Source: Eledone cirrhosa (lineage: Eukaryota). From it: a stretch of 64,000 bases of DNA. Positions within the stretch are counted from its first letter, which is position 1. The number at the start of each line of letters is the position of its first letter. Under the pieces are notes generated by a model. The model worked only from the letters and a program-made list of their open reading frames with translations. It searched no databases and was not told the origin of the DNA. Shown here piece after piece: positions 15,031-28,426 of this stretch. The stretch is taken from contig OZ024742.1 of assembly GCA_964016885.1 (NCBI GenBank), positions 324,818,001 to 324,882,000 on the forward strand, written 5' to 3'. Position numbers and translations under genes: made by a program.

Positions 15031-15300
15031 TAGAAGGAGCTTCTACAGGACTAGTACTGTTTCATTCAGATGAAATCTTCAGGAAGCTGGGTGTCATATT
15101 AAGTTCTGGTATTTATACATTTAGGTAGTGATTAGGGAGGGGTGGTGGAAGGGGGGGATGGTATTTAGGTACACAGGACCACTTCATGGCACAGTCTTAC
15201 CACTACCTAAATGTATAAATACCAGAACTTAATATGAAACCCAGCTTCCTGAAGATTTCATCTGAATGAAACAGTACTAGTCTTGTAGAAGCTCCTTCTA
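15031..15300. ncRNA. Fold-back with two opposite-strand HHRs (family A): 15038-15088 (-) and 15243-15293 (+)
   Basis: Arms 15031-15130 and 15201-15300. agcttc-CTGAAGA(15249-15255)-tttc atct gaat-GAAA(15268-15271)-cag..GTA(15285-15287)-gaagct, with a perfect 6-bp stem I. Confidence 0.82.
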
Positions 15301-15349
15301 CAAAATAACATTTTGTTTACTCTGCCTTGTATTGAGTACCGGGACCTAC

Positions 15350-15401
<52 letters not shown>

Positions 15402-15580
15402 GTAATAATAATAAATTTGAAGACTAAAATACAAAGAGGGCTCGATAAGGATAAATATATATCAATATATTAATATATATATATATATTAATATGTAGGA
15501 GGTGAGTTTTATTGTAGTACAATAAAGCAATGCAGATATCGGATAAGAAGCACTCTACAGTTTGTGGGACTGGAGTATGC

Positions 15581-15918
15581 ATAATATAAGATCAAAAGAT
15601 GGTTAAAGGAGTTCCATATATTTTATTATGCGCATTTCAAAAACAAACATCATCAAGCAATAATATTTGTGTTTTCATCAGATAAAACAGGAGAACATGA
15701 TATGAAGGCTAAAAAACACTTGTGGATAGTGCAGTTTTAAATCAACATATATGTTGATTTAAAACTGCACTATCCACAAGTGTTTTTTAGCCTTCATATC
15801 ATGTTCAACTGTTTTATCTGATGAAAACACAAATATTATTGCTTGATGATGTTTGTTTTTGAAATGCGCATAATAAAATATATGGAACTCCTTTAACCAT
15901 CTTTTGATCTTATATTAT
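15581..15918. ncRNA. Spacerless 338-bp palindrome with two HHRs: 15621-15687 (-) and 15812-15878 (+)
   Basis: Centre at 15749/15750. ttttat-CTGATGA(15818-15824)-36-nt stem II-GAAA(15861-15864)-palindromic ATGCGCAT-A-ataaaa. Confidence 0.85.
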
Positions 15919-15921
15919 ATA

Positions 15922-15991
<70 letters not shown>

Positions 15992-16207
15992 TAAACGGAA
16001 TAGAAAATGCTGACAAATTGTTCACAGTTGAAAAATGGTTTAATTAGGAATAAAAGAGTATTAGTGATTGTATTGGTTAGTATTCAGTTGTGGTTTTAAG
16101 TTTTTAAGTTTTTACCGGTTGCGCATTTCTAAATGCTTTTCAAAAATAATTTTGAGATAGAGTGTCCGTGCTGTTTGCTCTGATCTGGTTAGTTTTGGGA
16201 ATTCTAC

Positions 16208-16434
16208 CTGTTTTTATGTTAAAAAAGTGGCTCCAGCGTTATTTTTGTGTTGCAAAAATGCTTGTGGTCAAAACAATTTTGATTGGTCGGTAGAGGTCAT
16301 GTGAATGTAAAAAGTTGATTTTGCGCCAAGACTGTTTTTATGTTAAAAAAGTGGCTCCAGCAAAAATTCTTGGTCAAAACAATTTTGATTGGTCGGTAGA
16401 GGTCATGTGGATACAAAATTGGTTTTGCGCCAAG
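16208..16434. repeat. Local tandem duplication (about 100-125 bp)
   Basis: ctgtttttatgttaaaaaagtggctccagc...ggtcaaaacaattttgattggtcggtagaggtcatgtg...ttttgcgccaaga occurs twice. Confidence 0.8.
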
Positions 16435-16472
16435 ATTGAGAAATGACTCTTTCATAACAAATATGTGTGTGT

Positions 16473-16532
<60 letters not shown>

Positions 16533-16605
16533 AGTAGTAGTAGTGAGGTGTTCGATGCTGCGACAATGGCCAGCAGCGATGTGTGTCAAATGGCTATTAA
16601 GATAA

Positions 16606-16707
<102 letters not shown>

Positions 16708-17177
16708 CAGAGTAATTCGATGGTCAGTAAGAATGTGTCTGAAAGCAATGGGGGGTATTTTAGCATGTCAAAAGATATTTTTCAGCTTTTGTCTTATACG
16801 GAGAAGTGCGTGTGTGTGTGTGTGTGTGTATAAGTCTCTTTGTATGTTGATGTACGCGTGTGTATGTGTTTGTGTATATATATGTGTGTGTGTGTGTGTG
16901 TGTGGGTGGACCAGTATTCTTTTCCCCCTGGTAAAATGGTGTACATTATTCGATTTTTTCAGTAAAATCGGATCTCTTAATAGAACATCAAAAATCTTAA
17001 CAATAAAAGGTGTGAAATGATATTCACTATATATATATACACATACATATATTCACTACATATATATATATATATATATATACATATATACATACATATA
17101 TATGCACATATATTTTTTTGTATTGCACCATAAACGTATATATAGTAGTAAAGTAATAAAGCAATATAAGGCAATTA

Positions 17178-17237
17178 TTCCATTCACCAGAGGTTTCTTA
17201 AAAGCAAAAAATGTTTCCTTCAATCTTCAGAATGGAA
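17178..17237 (-). ncRNA. HHR motif 3' of the Penelope-like ORF (GUG at the cleavage site, probably inactive)
   Basis: Minus strand reads ttccatt-CTGAAGA-ttgaag..cttttaa-GAAA-cc tct g-GTG-aatggaa, with a 7-bp stem I. Same strand as the ORF and about 360 bp downstream of its stop. Confidence 0.7.
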
Positions 17238-17592
17238 AAAAATGAAAAAAACCTGGTTTATCCACATATACATACATATACACACACAAATTTACATATA
17301 TATACACATCCACATACACACACATACATATATATATATACACACACACATATATATACATACATATATACATATATATATATATACATATATATATACA
17401 CACAAAAATACATACACATACACATAGGTATGTGAAGGGCAAAAAAAAAGGAATATATGGGGGGGGGGGGCTAAGAGGAGGTAAAATATAAGGGGAGGTA
17501 AGGGAGAAAAACATTTTGTAAATATACAGAAGTACAGAAGGTATAATCAGCAAAATAAAAACCCTAGCAGAAGTAAAGAGCAGGGAAGGAGT

Positions 17593-19029
17593 TCAAGGCG
17601 GTTGATTTATCATAGGAGTGTCAATCCAGTTACAGATCAGATGCGATTTCAGATGAGGACAGCATCTGAAGATCTCAGTCTTTGAGTTAAGGCAAGCGGA
17701 AGTGGCTCTCAAGTTTAGCAAAATCCTATACTTTTCTGTGGTGCACAAAGAACAATTCTTTGTGCCCCTTTGGTACTCCCTCGAATGGTCTAATATAGAC
17801 CAATCAATAGAGTACGGGATATTACTATCCCTGAGATCCCATACCTTACTTGCGAGGGCCGTTGATGTTCGTTTATCGGAGTGCTTAAAACAGCGACATG
17901 TGAGTAAAATCTGGTTTTAAACCTGTCCTGGGTCATACCGACATATCGCTCACTCCTGGCTGGCTGGTTGTTGATAACTGGCGTTATCTTAGCCTTATAA
18001 ACGACAGATTTTGTGTTACATTTACCCTGCAATGGGCATTCATCCGGCTTCCTGCAACTGCATCCTGGATTTATCCTCGTACGGTTTGAACTGGTGATTT
18101 TGGACTTCATAGATGGGCAACAAGAGTAGCTGATCTTAACTACATTCCTATTAAAAATCTTATAATATCTATGAATAGGAGGAAAATGTTTGTCTAATAG
18201 TTCAAGGAATTTCCTTCCTACATTAGTTTTGACAGTTAGAGAGAAGGGGGGTGTGAACCAAATAATCTTCCTTTTCCTGTTAGTATGGTTAGTTTTAGGG
18301 GGGGGGGGGAGTAGGTAAATAAGAAATTTTTTCTGTAAAACCGCTGTTCTTAAGGGCTTTATTATAATAAGGGGCGGCTTTATTAAAAATGTCTATAGAC
18401 GAAGATAAGGTAGAAATCCTACGGCTAATGTTAGGAATAAGATTATTAAAAACTATAGGTGGATGGCAAGACTCTTTGTGTATATACCTAAGATTTTCAT
18501 TAGGTTTATGATAGGGTTTAAAAGAGGCAGTAAGTAGATCAAGATTAATATCAAGAAAGTTAGCATTAGTAAGGTTCGTATCTATAGTAATTTTAAGGTT
18601 AAGATTAGCAAAAGTATTGATTAAATCTTTACGGAATTTATCAAGATTATGGCCGTTTGTGGTATGAGAAACTGCTAATCCGTCATCACGGTATAAACCG
18701 ATATTATGGGACGGAAATTTCTCTTTGAGTGTGTGGAGAAGGAATAATCCTACTAAGTCACGTACATCCGCACTGTCATATGAACCCATTGCAACATCAA
18801 AAGAGCTTTCAGGGTTTGACTTTTTAACCCAAATATTATCATTAGTAAAAAGTAAAGTTTTTCTAGCATGAAAGATAATGTCCTCTTCTAATTTAGAGAT
18901 ATTAATGAAGGGTCTTGCAAAATCTAAGGCATTAGTTAATAAGGAAACAGTAATAGAAGGGTAAAAATCGACAATATCAACTTGGGTAAATCTACACTTA
19001 TTTTTATCTTGTATATTATTGAACCAAGA
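17593..19029 (-). mobile_element. Penelope-like retroelement (RT plus C-terminal GIY-YIG), 5'-truncated and frameshifted
   Basis: RT motifs [35 protein letters not shown]. Linker RKRKIIWFTPPFS and CSCRKPDECPLQGKC. GIY-YIG-like VVY..YVGMT..FKTRFYSH. End CSLCTTEK..LNSKTE..CPH. The 5' end abuts (TA)n. Confidence 0.92.
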
Positions 19030-19034
19030 AATAT

Positions 19035-19195
<161 letters not shown>

Positions 19196-19445
19196 CATGT
19201 ATATATATATACATATATATAATTATATATACATGTATGTATATATATATATTTATATATATGTATATCTGAACACATACATGAGGCGAACAAACGAAGA
19301 AAACGTGGGTGGGTGGGGGGTTGGGGGCGGTTTAAGTGGATAGAGTTCTATATATGATTAAACTGAACTCCACGATCATAATGGATAATCTGAAATACGT
19401 TAAACTATATAAATTCCTCACTGTCGCACTCCCCCCCTCTCTCTC

Positions 19446-19542
<97 letters not shown>

Positions 19543-19894
19543 CTTAGAGAGTGTGGTAAGATACCAAGTGGACCATAACGCACCAGAGTACACAATACTT
19601 AGGTTAGTACAGTGGGTAATAGGAAAAGGGTCAGGACCCCGACGTCTGAACTCCGGCTGTTTCGACAGCTAGATCCGTGCGTGTGTGTATTTACTTGCCT
19701 GTATGGATTATATTTGCTTACGTATGTGAGAGACTTTCCTGCCTATTTGATAACGAATAATTATTCTGTGAATTCCAAAATTAACGAGGCGTATAGCAGC
19801 AATATGAACACCCAACCACATAGAAACACGCACACATATTTCCCTCTTTTTCTCACTTTTTCCTATCTTTTTCTCTCTCTCTCTGTATATATAA

Positions 19895-19925
<31 letters not shown>

Positions 19926-19954
19926 CATACACATATATACACATATATGTAGAT

Positions 19955-20073
19955 AATTGTTTCTACTTTTGGCACAAGGCCAGCAATCAACCAGTATATT
20001 ACTGGTACTTTATTTTATCGACCCCGTAAGGATGAAAGGCAAAGTTAACCTCGGCGGGATTTGAACTCAGACT
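19955..20073 (-). mobile_element. tRNA-derived SINE (main family), partial
   Basis: Reverse complement of CTGAGTTCAAATCCCGCCGAGGTTAACTTTGCCTTTCATCCTTACGGGGTCGATAAAATAAAGTACCAGT...TAGAAACAATT, followed by short tandem duplications at its junction. Confidence 0.8.
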
Positions 20074-23039
20074 GTAACATATATGTAGATAATGCGTTTT
20101 AACTCAGACTGTAACATATATGATTTGAACTCAGACTGTAACATATATGTAGATAATGCGTTTTAAACACTTGTGTATTTATGTTGTTTGTTCAAGTGCA
20201 TTTGCATATGCGCATTATTTCAATGTATAGAATAATTAGCCCAATCTAGTTATTGGTAAGTTAATCCCTGATGGATCATATTCCCCTGTTAGTACCTAAA
20301 TATACGTCACTCTTGTAAACGGGTATCAGTTAATTTAGATATCATATCAAGATATTTACACGTGACTGATTTTTCAGTTTATTGGCTCATTACGTTTGTC
20401 TCTCATGGCGGAAATAGTTAATTGATGAATAATCTGTGAATAACCATCTGATGTTGTTGTTGTAATTGCTGTGGCGTTTGCTTTTATTGTTGTTCTAACT
20501 CTGTTCAAACCACCCTGATCTAGATGGCTTATAGTTAAATCCATTTTAAACCTGGGTCCATTTTCTTGCACGCCGTTTTAAGGTTTCTATGTTACTGAAT
20601 TATATAATGATTTATTCTAGCATATGCAACAGAAGAATGTGATTTGAGGGTGAATTGACTGTTATATATCACGAGTTGAGTGGCAACGTAGTCACTTCTT
20701 TGTTAGTTAGGAGTCACTGATGTAAATGGGAATTAAGTTGTGTTTCTTCCACTTAGTAAAAAGTCTACAACCATAATCTATTGTAAATATATAAAAAGGG
20801 ATTTCTTGTATATATACTGCCCACTCGGATGAGGAAGAAATAAAGTGAGTATTAAAACGGAGCTCAAGTTGTGGGGTGGGCTCTGGAAACTGATCCCTGA
20901 TTTGATATCTCAATCAGACGAACGACGACATGAGACAGCAACAGTCTCATACACAAGATGTACCACTTAGATCAACTTCATTTATATAAAGATATGTCTT
21001 GTGGCTGGTGATGAGTAACTTCCCATATTTTTGTTTTAAGGCAGTAGATGTAATTTGAATGAAAGCCGGCTAATATTTCTAGTTGAGCGTATTGTTGTTC
21101 CTGTTATTGTTTTTATAATTGTTATTGTTGTTGCTTGTTATTGTTGTTGCTTGTTCTGTTGTTGTTTCTCATTTTGTGGTTTTTGTAGTTATTACTGTTG
21201 TATAGATCTCATTCAAGCCCTGTTTAAGACCTACGATCAAACAAATTTCAGCCATGACCAATTTATCTTTTTGATTCAGACACCAAAGATTAAGGTATAT
21301 ATTTGCAATGTGTCATAACTACATCATAAGATAAGGTGTGCTTAGAAGGAAATTAAAGCGCCCTAATTCATGAGTTATGCTGTTGGTATTGTCCTTGCTT
21401 AGCTCCATTTCAGACCTTATAGAATTAGGAATAATGGTGCTTTAGTGATAACAAAACCGTATTTTAGTTTTCATACATTATGCATCTATAACCACATTAT
21501 TCAATGTTTCTTTACAATTTCAAGAAAAAATCCGTGTGATTTATATAGATTTTCCTGTTACTTATACCTGGACGTCCGTGTGGGAGTTATATAGTGTATA
21601 GTAGTATTGATATGAAGTGGATTATATATTAATGCCTTTTGGATTATATATTAATGCACACCTACATATATTACACTGAATACTACAGTGTAGGAGGGAT
21701 TCTCGTGTTGATATGATTTTATTGTAATTTAGATATGTCTTTAATATTTTAAAATTAGCTGCTTCATCCCACTCACTGTACACATCTTTCCATCTGCGAT
21801 AGAATCTCAATAACAACGCTGCTGTTGCTACAAATAATGCTGTTGATGAGATGTATGTTTTTGATGGCGTGGGTAGAAAGACGATGTGAATGAGGAGACG
21901 GCAAAGAAGAACAACATAATATGGTAAATAATCCTCGATTTCCTATCTTCCCTACTTAATGACCATATAATTCCTCATCTCAAAAAGTGTGAAATAGGAA
22001 GAGAGACAATTGGAGAGAGATAGATAAGAAAAGTGAAGAACGTAAAACATACAATATATGATATCGCCTAAGACAAACAAACGGAAACTTGTAAACTTTT
22101 GTCCATTGCTTGCAAGTAAACTGGAACTGACTTTCCTAAGTATGAAAATTCACCCGAAATATATCACTTCTTGGGTGTCGTCCATAATCTCCCTCGCCTT
22201 CTCGTGGGATAACGGTTTCGTTATTCTGTCAGTCAGGGAAACCAAAATAATTATGGCGACGAATATTGTCAAATTAGTACGATGTTCTACTCGCCATCAT
22301 ACAACACTGAGTTCAATCCAACTGAGTGGCACCTTAAGCAAGTGTGGTGTAACATAGCCTCCAGTCAACCCTAACCTTGTGAGTGAAACTAGTTAGAGGG
22401 AAACTGTTTGGAAGCGTGTCGCACGTATTGAATCTGTAATACAAAAGGTCATCCGTGTCCGATAGTATTTCATGTTTAATTTCTCTGAGAAAACTCAGCC
22501 TCATCACGTTAATTTCACAAGTAGGTTGTTTCAATGACCAAACAAGTGGAACGTTCATCGTCGAAACAGACACTGATCCATTCTAATACAGAAAGTGTTA
22601 GTAGATGTAACTACCAATACGTCATATTGTTCGTTCTCCAACTTAAAAAAAAAAATCATTTATAAAATATCTATTTATTACCGCTTGATCTTTTTGTTTT
22701 TATTTTATTTCCGTTTGTCTTATCCTAGCCAGAAGGAAAGTTTAGAAAATTAAGAATTCCTTGTATCCGGAATTCACTGTATCCCTCATTAATTTATTAA
22801 CGTGCATACATCTGAATGGATAGATTTTCTGTAAAAGTCTCATAAATATAAAACCATTCGCTTCACTTCCAGGTATAGATGCTACTTACTCCCATTCCGT
22901 ACGTGCTGTGCTTTGAAAAACATGCATTTATAGAAATAGCACTAATTCTAAAATACTCACATGTATGTATGTATGTATGTATGTATGTATGTATGTATGT
23001 ATGTATGTATGTATGTATGTATGTATGTATGTATGTATG

Positions 23040-23440
23040 ACCCCTTAGCCTTTGTCAAGGCAGAATTCTAGGAGAAGGAAAACTCTGATATAACACCTGC
23101 AACCTTGATGGTATCCAATGATGTTGACTTGTTCTTCTTTTTGGTAAATATCATCTTGGTTAAGAGAGTGGGACTGGCTTTGTGCAGTGCCTTTGCTCAC
23201 TATAAAAGCTTCACGGCACAGGCATTGGTTTATATCTGGAGATCTCTCTGCACTTGTCATCACAGGGTACCATGGGCCCAGCACTATGTGTCAATAATTG
23301 TCACAAGTGTAGTGTTTGTACCAGAGTTTTCAAGTCGCTGGCTGGACTAAAAAGTCACACTCGTTCAGCGCATCAGTAGGGGTTCTCCTACATGGATATA
23401 AAGTAGTGGCCATACTCGAAAACGAGTTGGCAGCTACCAT
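23040..23440 (+). mobile_element. Non-autonomous RTE derivative between (ATGT)n tracts
   Basis: The 3' part encodes a C2H2-like HKCSVCTRVFKSLAGLKSHTRSAHQ* followed by an (ATGT)n tail. The 5' part has GAAGGAAAACTCTGAT, which resembles RTE 5' regions. Confidence 0.55.
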
Positions 23441-25229
23441 GTATGTATGTATGTATGTATGTATATTTTTATGTATGTATATACATACGCACGTATATAT
23501 GTATTTTGTATGTATGTTTTTATATATGTATGTATGCATGTATTTATTTATAAATATGTATGTATGTATCTTTGTATGTGCGTTTTTGTGAATGCCTGGG
23601 ACTCTATGTATATGTGTGCTTTTTGTGTAAAAACAAATACGAACGCATTTCTGTGGAAACGTGCTCTGAAGCAAAGTTAGCTAAATGGGGGCATTTACGT
23701 AGATAAGCATATTGATTTGTTGAATAGAAATAGTGTCTGTTTTTATAGGAGAGAAAGATATAGTCAATTTATCTGTCCCATATTCTAACTGGTATTAAAT
23801 TTATTGCTCGATTCAAGATAATAGCCAAAATCCTGATTTGCTGATTTTGCCTTTATTTAAATGTATCTAAATATATCTATCACTCTAATTTTGACAGCTA
23901 TCTTCCTCAATCGCACACACCGTTAAAATATTGATTTCTTCAGGATACATATGAAAAAAACTTTTGCGAGTTGATGGGCAAAATAAACTATCGATCTTCA
24001 TATATCTCTTGCATTACTTTTATAGGAGCAAGAACGATTAAAACCATACTATACTTCAATGAAGATTTAATTTACAATCTCATCCAATTGATCTACACAT
24101 AGAAACCGCTTCATCAAACTATATAAATATTGTTGATGCTAAAATTAATATTATCTCATCTTTTTCATTGGTAGTTGAAATCATATTCAGCTGAAAGTAG
24201 TAAAATGCCGTAGTTTTTACAGTTTTCAAAGGGATTATTTACACAGAGTAAAAATGGGTTGAATTAAAGCATTGATTCGCTTTATTGGTAAAAGATAAGG
24301 TTATATGGAAGTGGCATACACATCCAGAACAATATTTACATAGGTACTGGCATCGAAGACTAACAGGAAAATACTGCCACGACCTTTGTCACGAGAGCCG
24401 AAGAGTTCTGAAAAGCGGCACTGAAATCCGAGAGGCCTTGATTAGCTGGAAGATAAGAAATTACCTACTTTGAATATTCTGTCCCACTAACTATAGTACT
24501 GCCCTCAGTACATTTGTTGAAAGGTGGGTGAATGCTGTAAGGCCGGCTCGACTTAATGGGCCTAATCTGACCATGCGCTTGTACGCTGGAGAGTTTAGAG
24601 AACAGAGAGGCAGCATTTGATGGTAACTTTGGCGCATAGGGTGGACCCAAATTGGTGGTGCTCCTTAATTACAACCAGCGGATGATCCCCTATTGGAGAA
24701 GTCTGTTGTTATATATTTTATTATATATTTTTACCTCTATTCCTTCTTTTTACACGCAATGATGGAAGTCCGCACTGTCTCGTTTCGGCCCGAGTGGCTA
24801 ATAATGAAATAATAATAATGATTGTTTGTTAGGATATCTTCAGAATTTATCTCAGTCAAGCGAACATGAAATAATAGAAAAGTTTATCATGTTTGTGATG
24901 TGCAACAGTTACGTTTACACAAGGGAGACCAAAGTTGAGAGAGCTGATATTCTTTAGATTTTGCAGCTGACAGGGTGTGACATACGAACTTGGTGAGTAT
25001 TGAAAGCATCACACTTGCATTCATTCTTTTTATTTCACCATTTCTATGTCTAGTCGAGGATAATCGTTAATTGTGCTGACAATATATGTACAATAAGGAA
25101 AGATACATGCCAGCAAACTTGACAGCTTCAGTCCATTAGGATTTAAAAGAATAATGCCGACACACATATATGCATGCATATATAAATATATATTTGTCCC
25201 TTTATATATATATATATACACACACACAC

Positions 25230-25318
<89 letters not shown>

Positions 25319-25689
25319 CACACACGCGCGTACACATACACACACACGCACACACACACGCGCGTACACACACGCACACACACACACGCACACATATATT
25401 TTTATATGTGTCTGTGATTATGAGTGTGTCTATCTCTCTCTCTATATATATATTTATTTCTGTGAGTCACTGATATATACATGAGGGGAGAGACCAAGAA
25501 AGACATTGCTAGATTGATAATTTACAACAAACTGAACTACAAGTAAGTACTAATGAGTTTATTGTTTACATACGTAGAGTATAACGTAGCAAACAAAGTT
25601 GCAAGCATAACATAGACTCCAATAAACACAAACACGAATACTACAATACTATGTATAATTCAAATAATGACCATTCAACTTTATGGCAA

Positions 25690-26020
25690 ATATTCACACA
25701 CCAATTTTTTCCAGCACTTTCAGAGATGCACCGATTCTCTTCTCTGCTATTTTTATTAACAAAAATAATGTTATTTTCTCTCCTAAACTATCGAGATGTA
25801 TACCTTCACTCCAACAAATCCAAATCATAATATCTGTGTTATCGTTTAATTTAACACCTGACTGTGCCTTTGTACCAGGATTTTGACCGATGTGCATCAC
25901 TCAAGATGTTGCACTAATGTCTCTGCTGAATCATTCTTCAACAGTAAAGTATACCCCTTTAACTGTATTCCTGTCCTCGCTTTCCTGGATACTCAGAAGA
26001 ACAAGATCTTGCAGAAATGA
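25690..26020 (-). pseudogene. Possible decayed Merlin/IS1595-like transposase fragment
   Basis: KNDSAETL..HI..NPGT..S followed in another frame by FVN..N.CI.ES resembles the Merlin pattern DRSAETL..PGT..SD..NH..FV..IE. Many disablements. Confidence 0.4.
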
Positions 26021-26041
26021 CAACATTATATATATATATAT

Positions 26042-26219
26042 AAGGCGGTGGATTGGCAGTTTTGGTAGAAGGTCGGACCCCATGCTTTGTAGCAGAGAGT
26101 TGCGGCCCTTTATGGTCTGAGTTCAAATCCACCGAGGTTAACTTTGCCTTTCATTCTTACGGGGTCGATCAAAAAAGTACCAGTAATACACTGGGATAGT
26201 TGCTGGCCTTGTGCCAAAA

Positions 26220-26220
<1 letters not shown>
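26042..26220 (+). mobile_element. tRNA-derived SINE (main family)
   Basis: AAGGCGGTGGATTGGCAG head, B box GAGTTCAAATCC, core CTTTGCCTTTCAT..GGGGTCGAT..AAGTACCAGT. Confidence 0.85.
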
Positions 26221-26257
<37 letters not shown>

Positions 26258-26261
26258 CATA

Positions 26262-26715
26262 TTTGAAGACCAAATGCAGCACCCCATTGACAAACTCTCG
26301 AAGCAACGTCCCCATTGCCAGGCTGAAGAAGAGAGTCTGGGAGAAATGAAAATTAACTACAAATCCAATATTTCTGTCTACCTGAAACGTGTCCTCAGCA
26401 CACTACTTTACAGGTGCGAGAGATAGAGCGTCTACTCCAGACAGGAGATTGCCTTCGATGTAGGCGAGTATCACGCAATGGTATGGAGCGAGGGGAAGAG
26501 AAACTGAAACTTGTCTCCGAGGAAACGCGGTGCTCGAAAAGAGGACAACGCAGTAGCACCGAAGGAGAGCATATTTAAATGCATTCATTGTTTCCAAGGC
26601 TGTCACACCCGTGTGATCCTGTACTGCTACAGCAGACACTGTACAGCCGTCAGCAACTGAGACACAAAATTCTCCAGGCGCATATCCATGGCCTTTCGAG
26701 ACACCGACGGATATA
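26262..26715 (+). pseudogene. RTE LINE 3' fragments
   Basis: ARLKKRVWE..ISVYLKRVLSTLLYRCE..YSRQE, then a terminal FKCIHC..CH.R zinc-finger remnant. Confidence 0.65.
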
Positions 26716-26910
26716 ATAATAATTGTTTCTACTTTTGGCACAAGGCCAGCAATTATCCAGTGCATTACTGGTACTTTATTTTATCGACCCCGTAAGGATG
26801 AAAGGCAAAGTAAACCTCGGCGGGATTTGAACTCAGAATGGCAAGGACCGTAACTCTATGCGTCAAAGCATGGCGTCCGACCCTCTACCGATACTGCCAA
26901 TCCACCGCCA
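26716..26910 (-). mobile_element. tRNA-derived SINE (main family)
   Basis: Full-length reverse-strand copy of the 56277-56470 type. Confidence 0.85.
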
Positions 26911-26995
26911 ATACGGATATAATAATAATAACATATAGATATATATACCGTATACAAACACACAAATATATCTATATACACTCACAAATATACAT

Positions 26996-27041
<46 letters not shown>

Positions 27042-27550
27042 ACACACACACACACATATATATATACATATATAAATGCTAGTGGGTAAAATCGAACTTG
27101 TAGCTAATGCAGAATCTCTCGAAAGTACAATCCTCAGAAGCTTTGCACAAGCACTAGATAAGATTATATCGATACGTCGATAAATTAAATCTTAGAGTAA
27201 TAAGCATACGTTAAAGGTGTGACAAACTAAAAATGTGGCTAGGTAAAGAATGCCACAATTGCCACTACAACAACGAAAATACAAATATGTTAATACGAAC
27301 CTGGACCTAGTCGATAGATATTATGAAAATATCTTCGATTGGTTTCTGTGAAATTTATATCAACGATCCAAAGTACGTAATGCGTAAGTCTTTACTGTAT
27401 CAAGATCGAACGTGGAAGCACTTTATCAACAGGGATTTCTTTCTGTGTGCCAACCGCTGGACACAACGTGATTGCTGCTAATACTATAGTATCAACTATA
27501 GCAGCAGGGGTCACGTGTTTTTATTCAAGGAATGAGGAAGAATATATACA

Positions 27551-27594
<44 letters not shown>

Positions 27595-27612
27595 CATTAT
27601 ATATAAATCTAT

Positions 27613-27709
<97 letters not shown>

Positions 27710-28270
27710 ATGTGCATGTGTGTGTTTCATAGAAATACAAATGTACACACAAATAAAAATATATGTGCATTTATATGTCATATATTACAAAAATGCACAT
27801 TATTTTCAGGAGAGATTATTTCTGACTGTTTTCGCTGATGATAAGTGACGACCCCAACACTCGCAATATGCACAATATCTAACTTTCTTAGGATGCCATA
27901 TATTGAGAAATATTTACTTCACCAATACTTTAATTCCTGATAAATTAAATTGCCTTATGTCAGAGCTTATCTGAATTTTCTCAGCGTTTGCAAATAGGAA
28001 CTTACGATATCAAATTATATTTTTGGTCAATAAAAATAGGTGATACCGTTATCTGAGAAATACGAGGTTCAACTCCTCGTAGCGGTCGATGGCAACCTCC
28101 CTTTCTCTCACTTATTGTCTTAATCACATTTTATATGTTATATTATAGTATATCGGCGAATGAACATACCACTCTTTATATTATATATATACATATATAT
28201 ATATCAAGTAAGTATGTTTTGAAACAGTGAGCGAGTTTGAAATTAGAAAATATATAGCTTTCACCGTATT

Positions 28271-28426
28271 TTTAACTAGAGGAATTTCAGCTTGATAACG
28301 GGGTTTAGAACCCTCAGATAAATGGAAAAAGATGAGTATTGACGTACATGTACGTCAATACTCATCTTTTTCCATTTATCTGAGGGTTCTAAACCCCGTT
28401 ATCAAGCTAAAATTCCTTTAGTTAAA
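28271..28426. repeat. Spacerless 156-bp palindrome
   Basis: Centre GACGTACATGTACGTC at 28348/28349, with 2 mismatches. No canonical HHR core recognised. Confidence 0.92.

Noticed and set aside
16297-16450. FLNLGAK..WSHFF as a PLE N-terminal remnant
   Set aside because: The similarity is too short to support without a search.
20060-20165. Short repeats with spacers resembling a CRISPR array
   Set aside because: This is a local duplication at a SINE junction in eukaryotic DNA, with no unique spacers and no cas genes.
27835-27841. Isolated CTGATGA
   Set aside because: No suitably placed GAAA, stem III or stem I.
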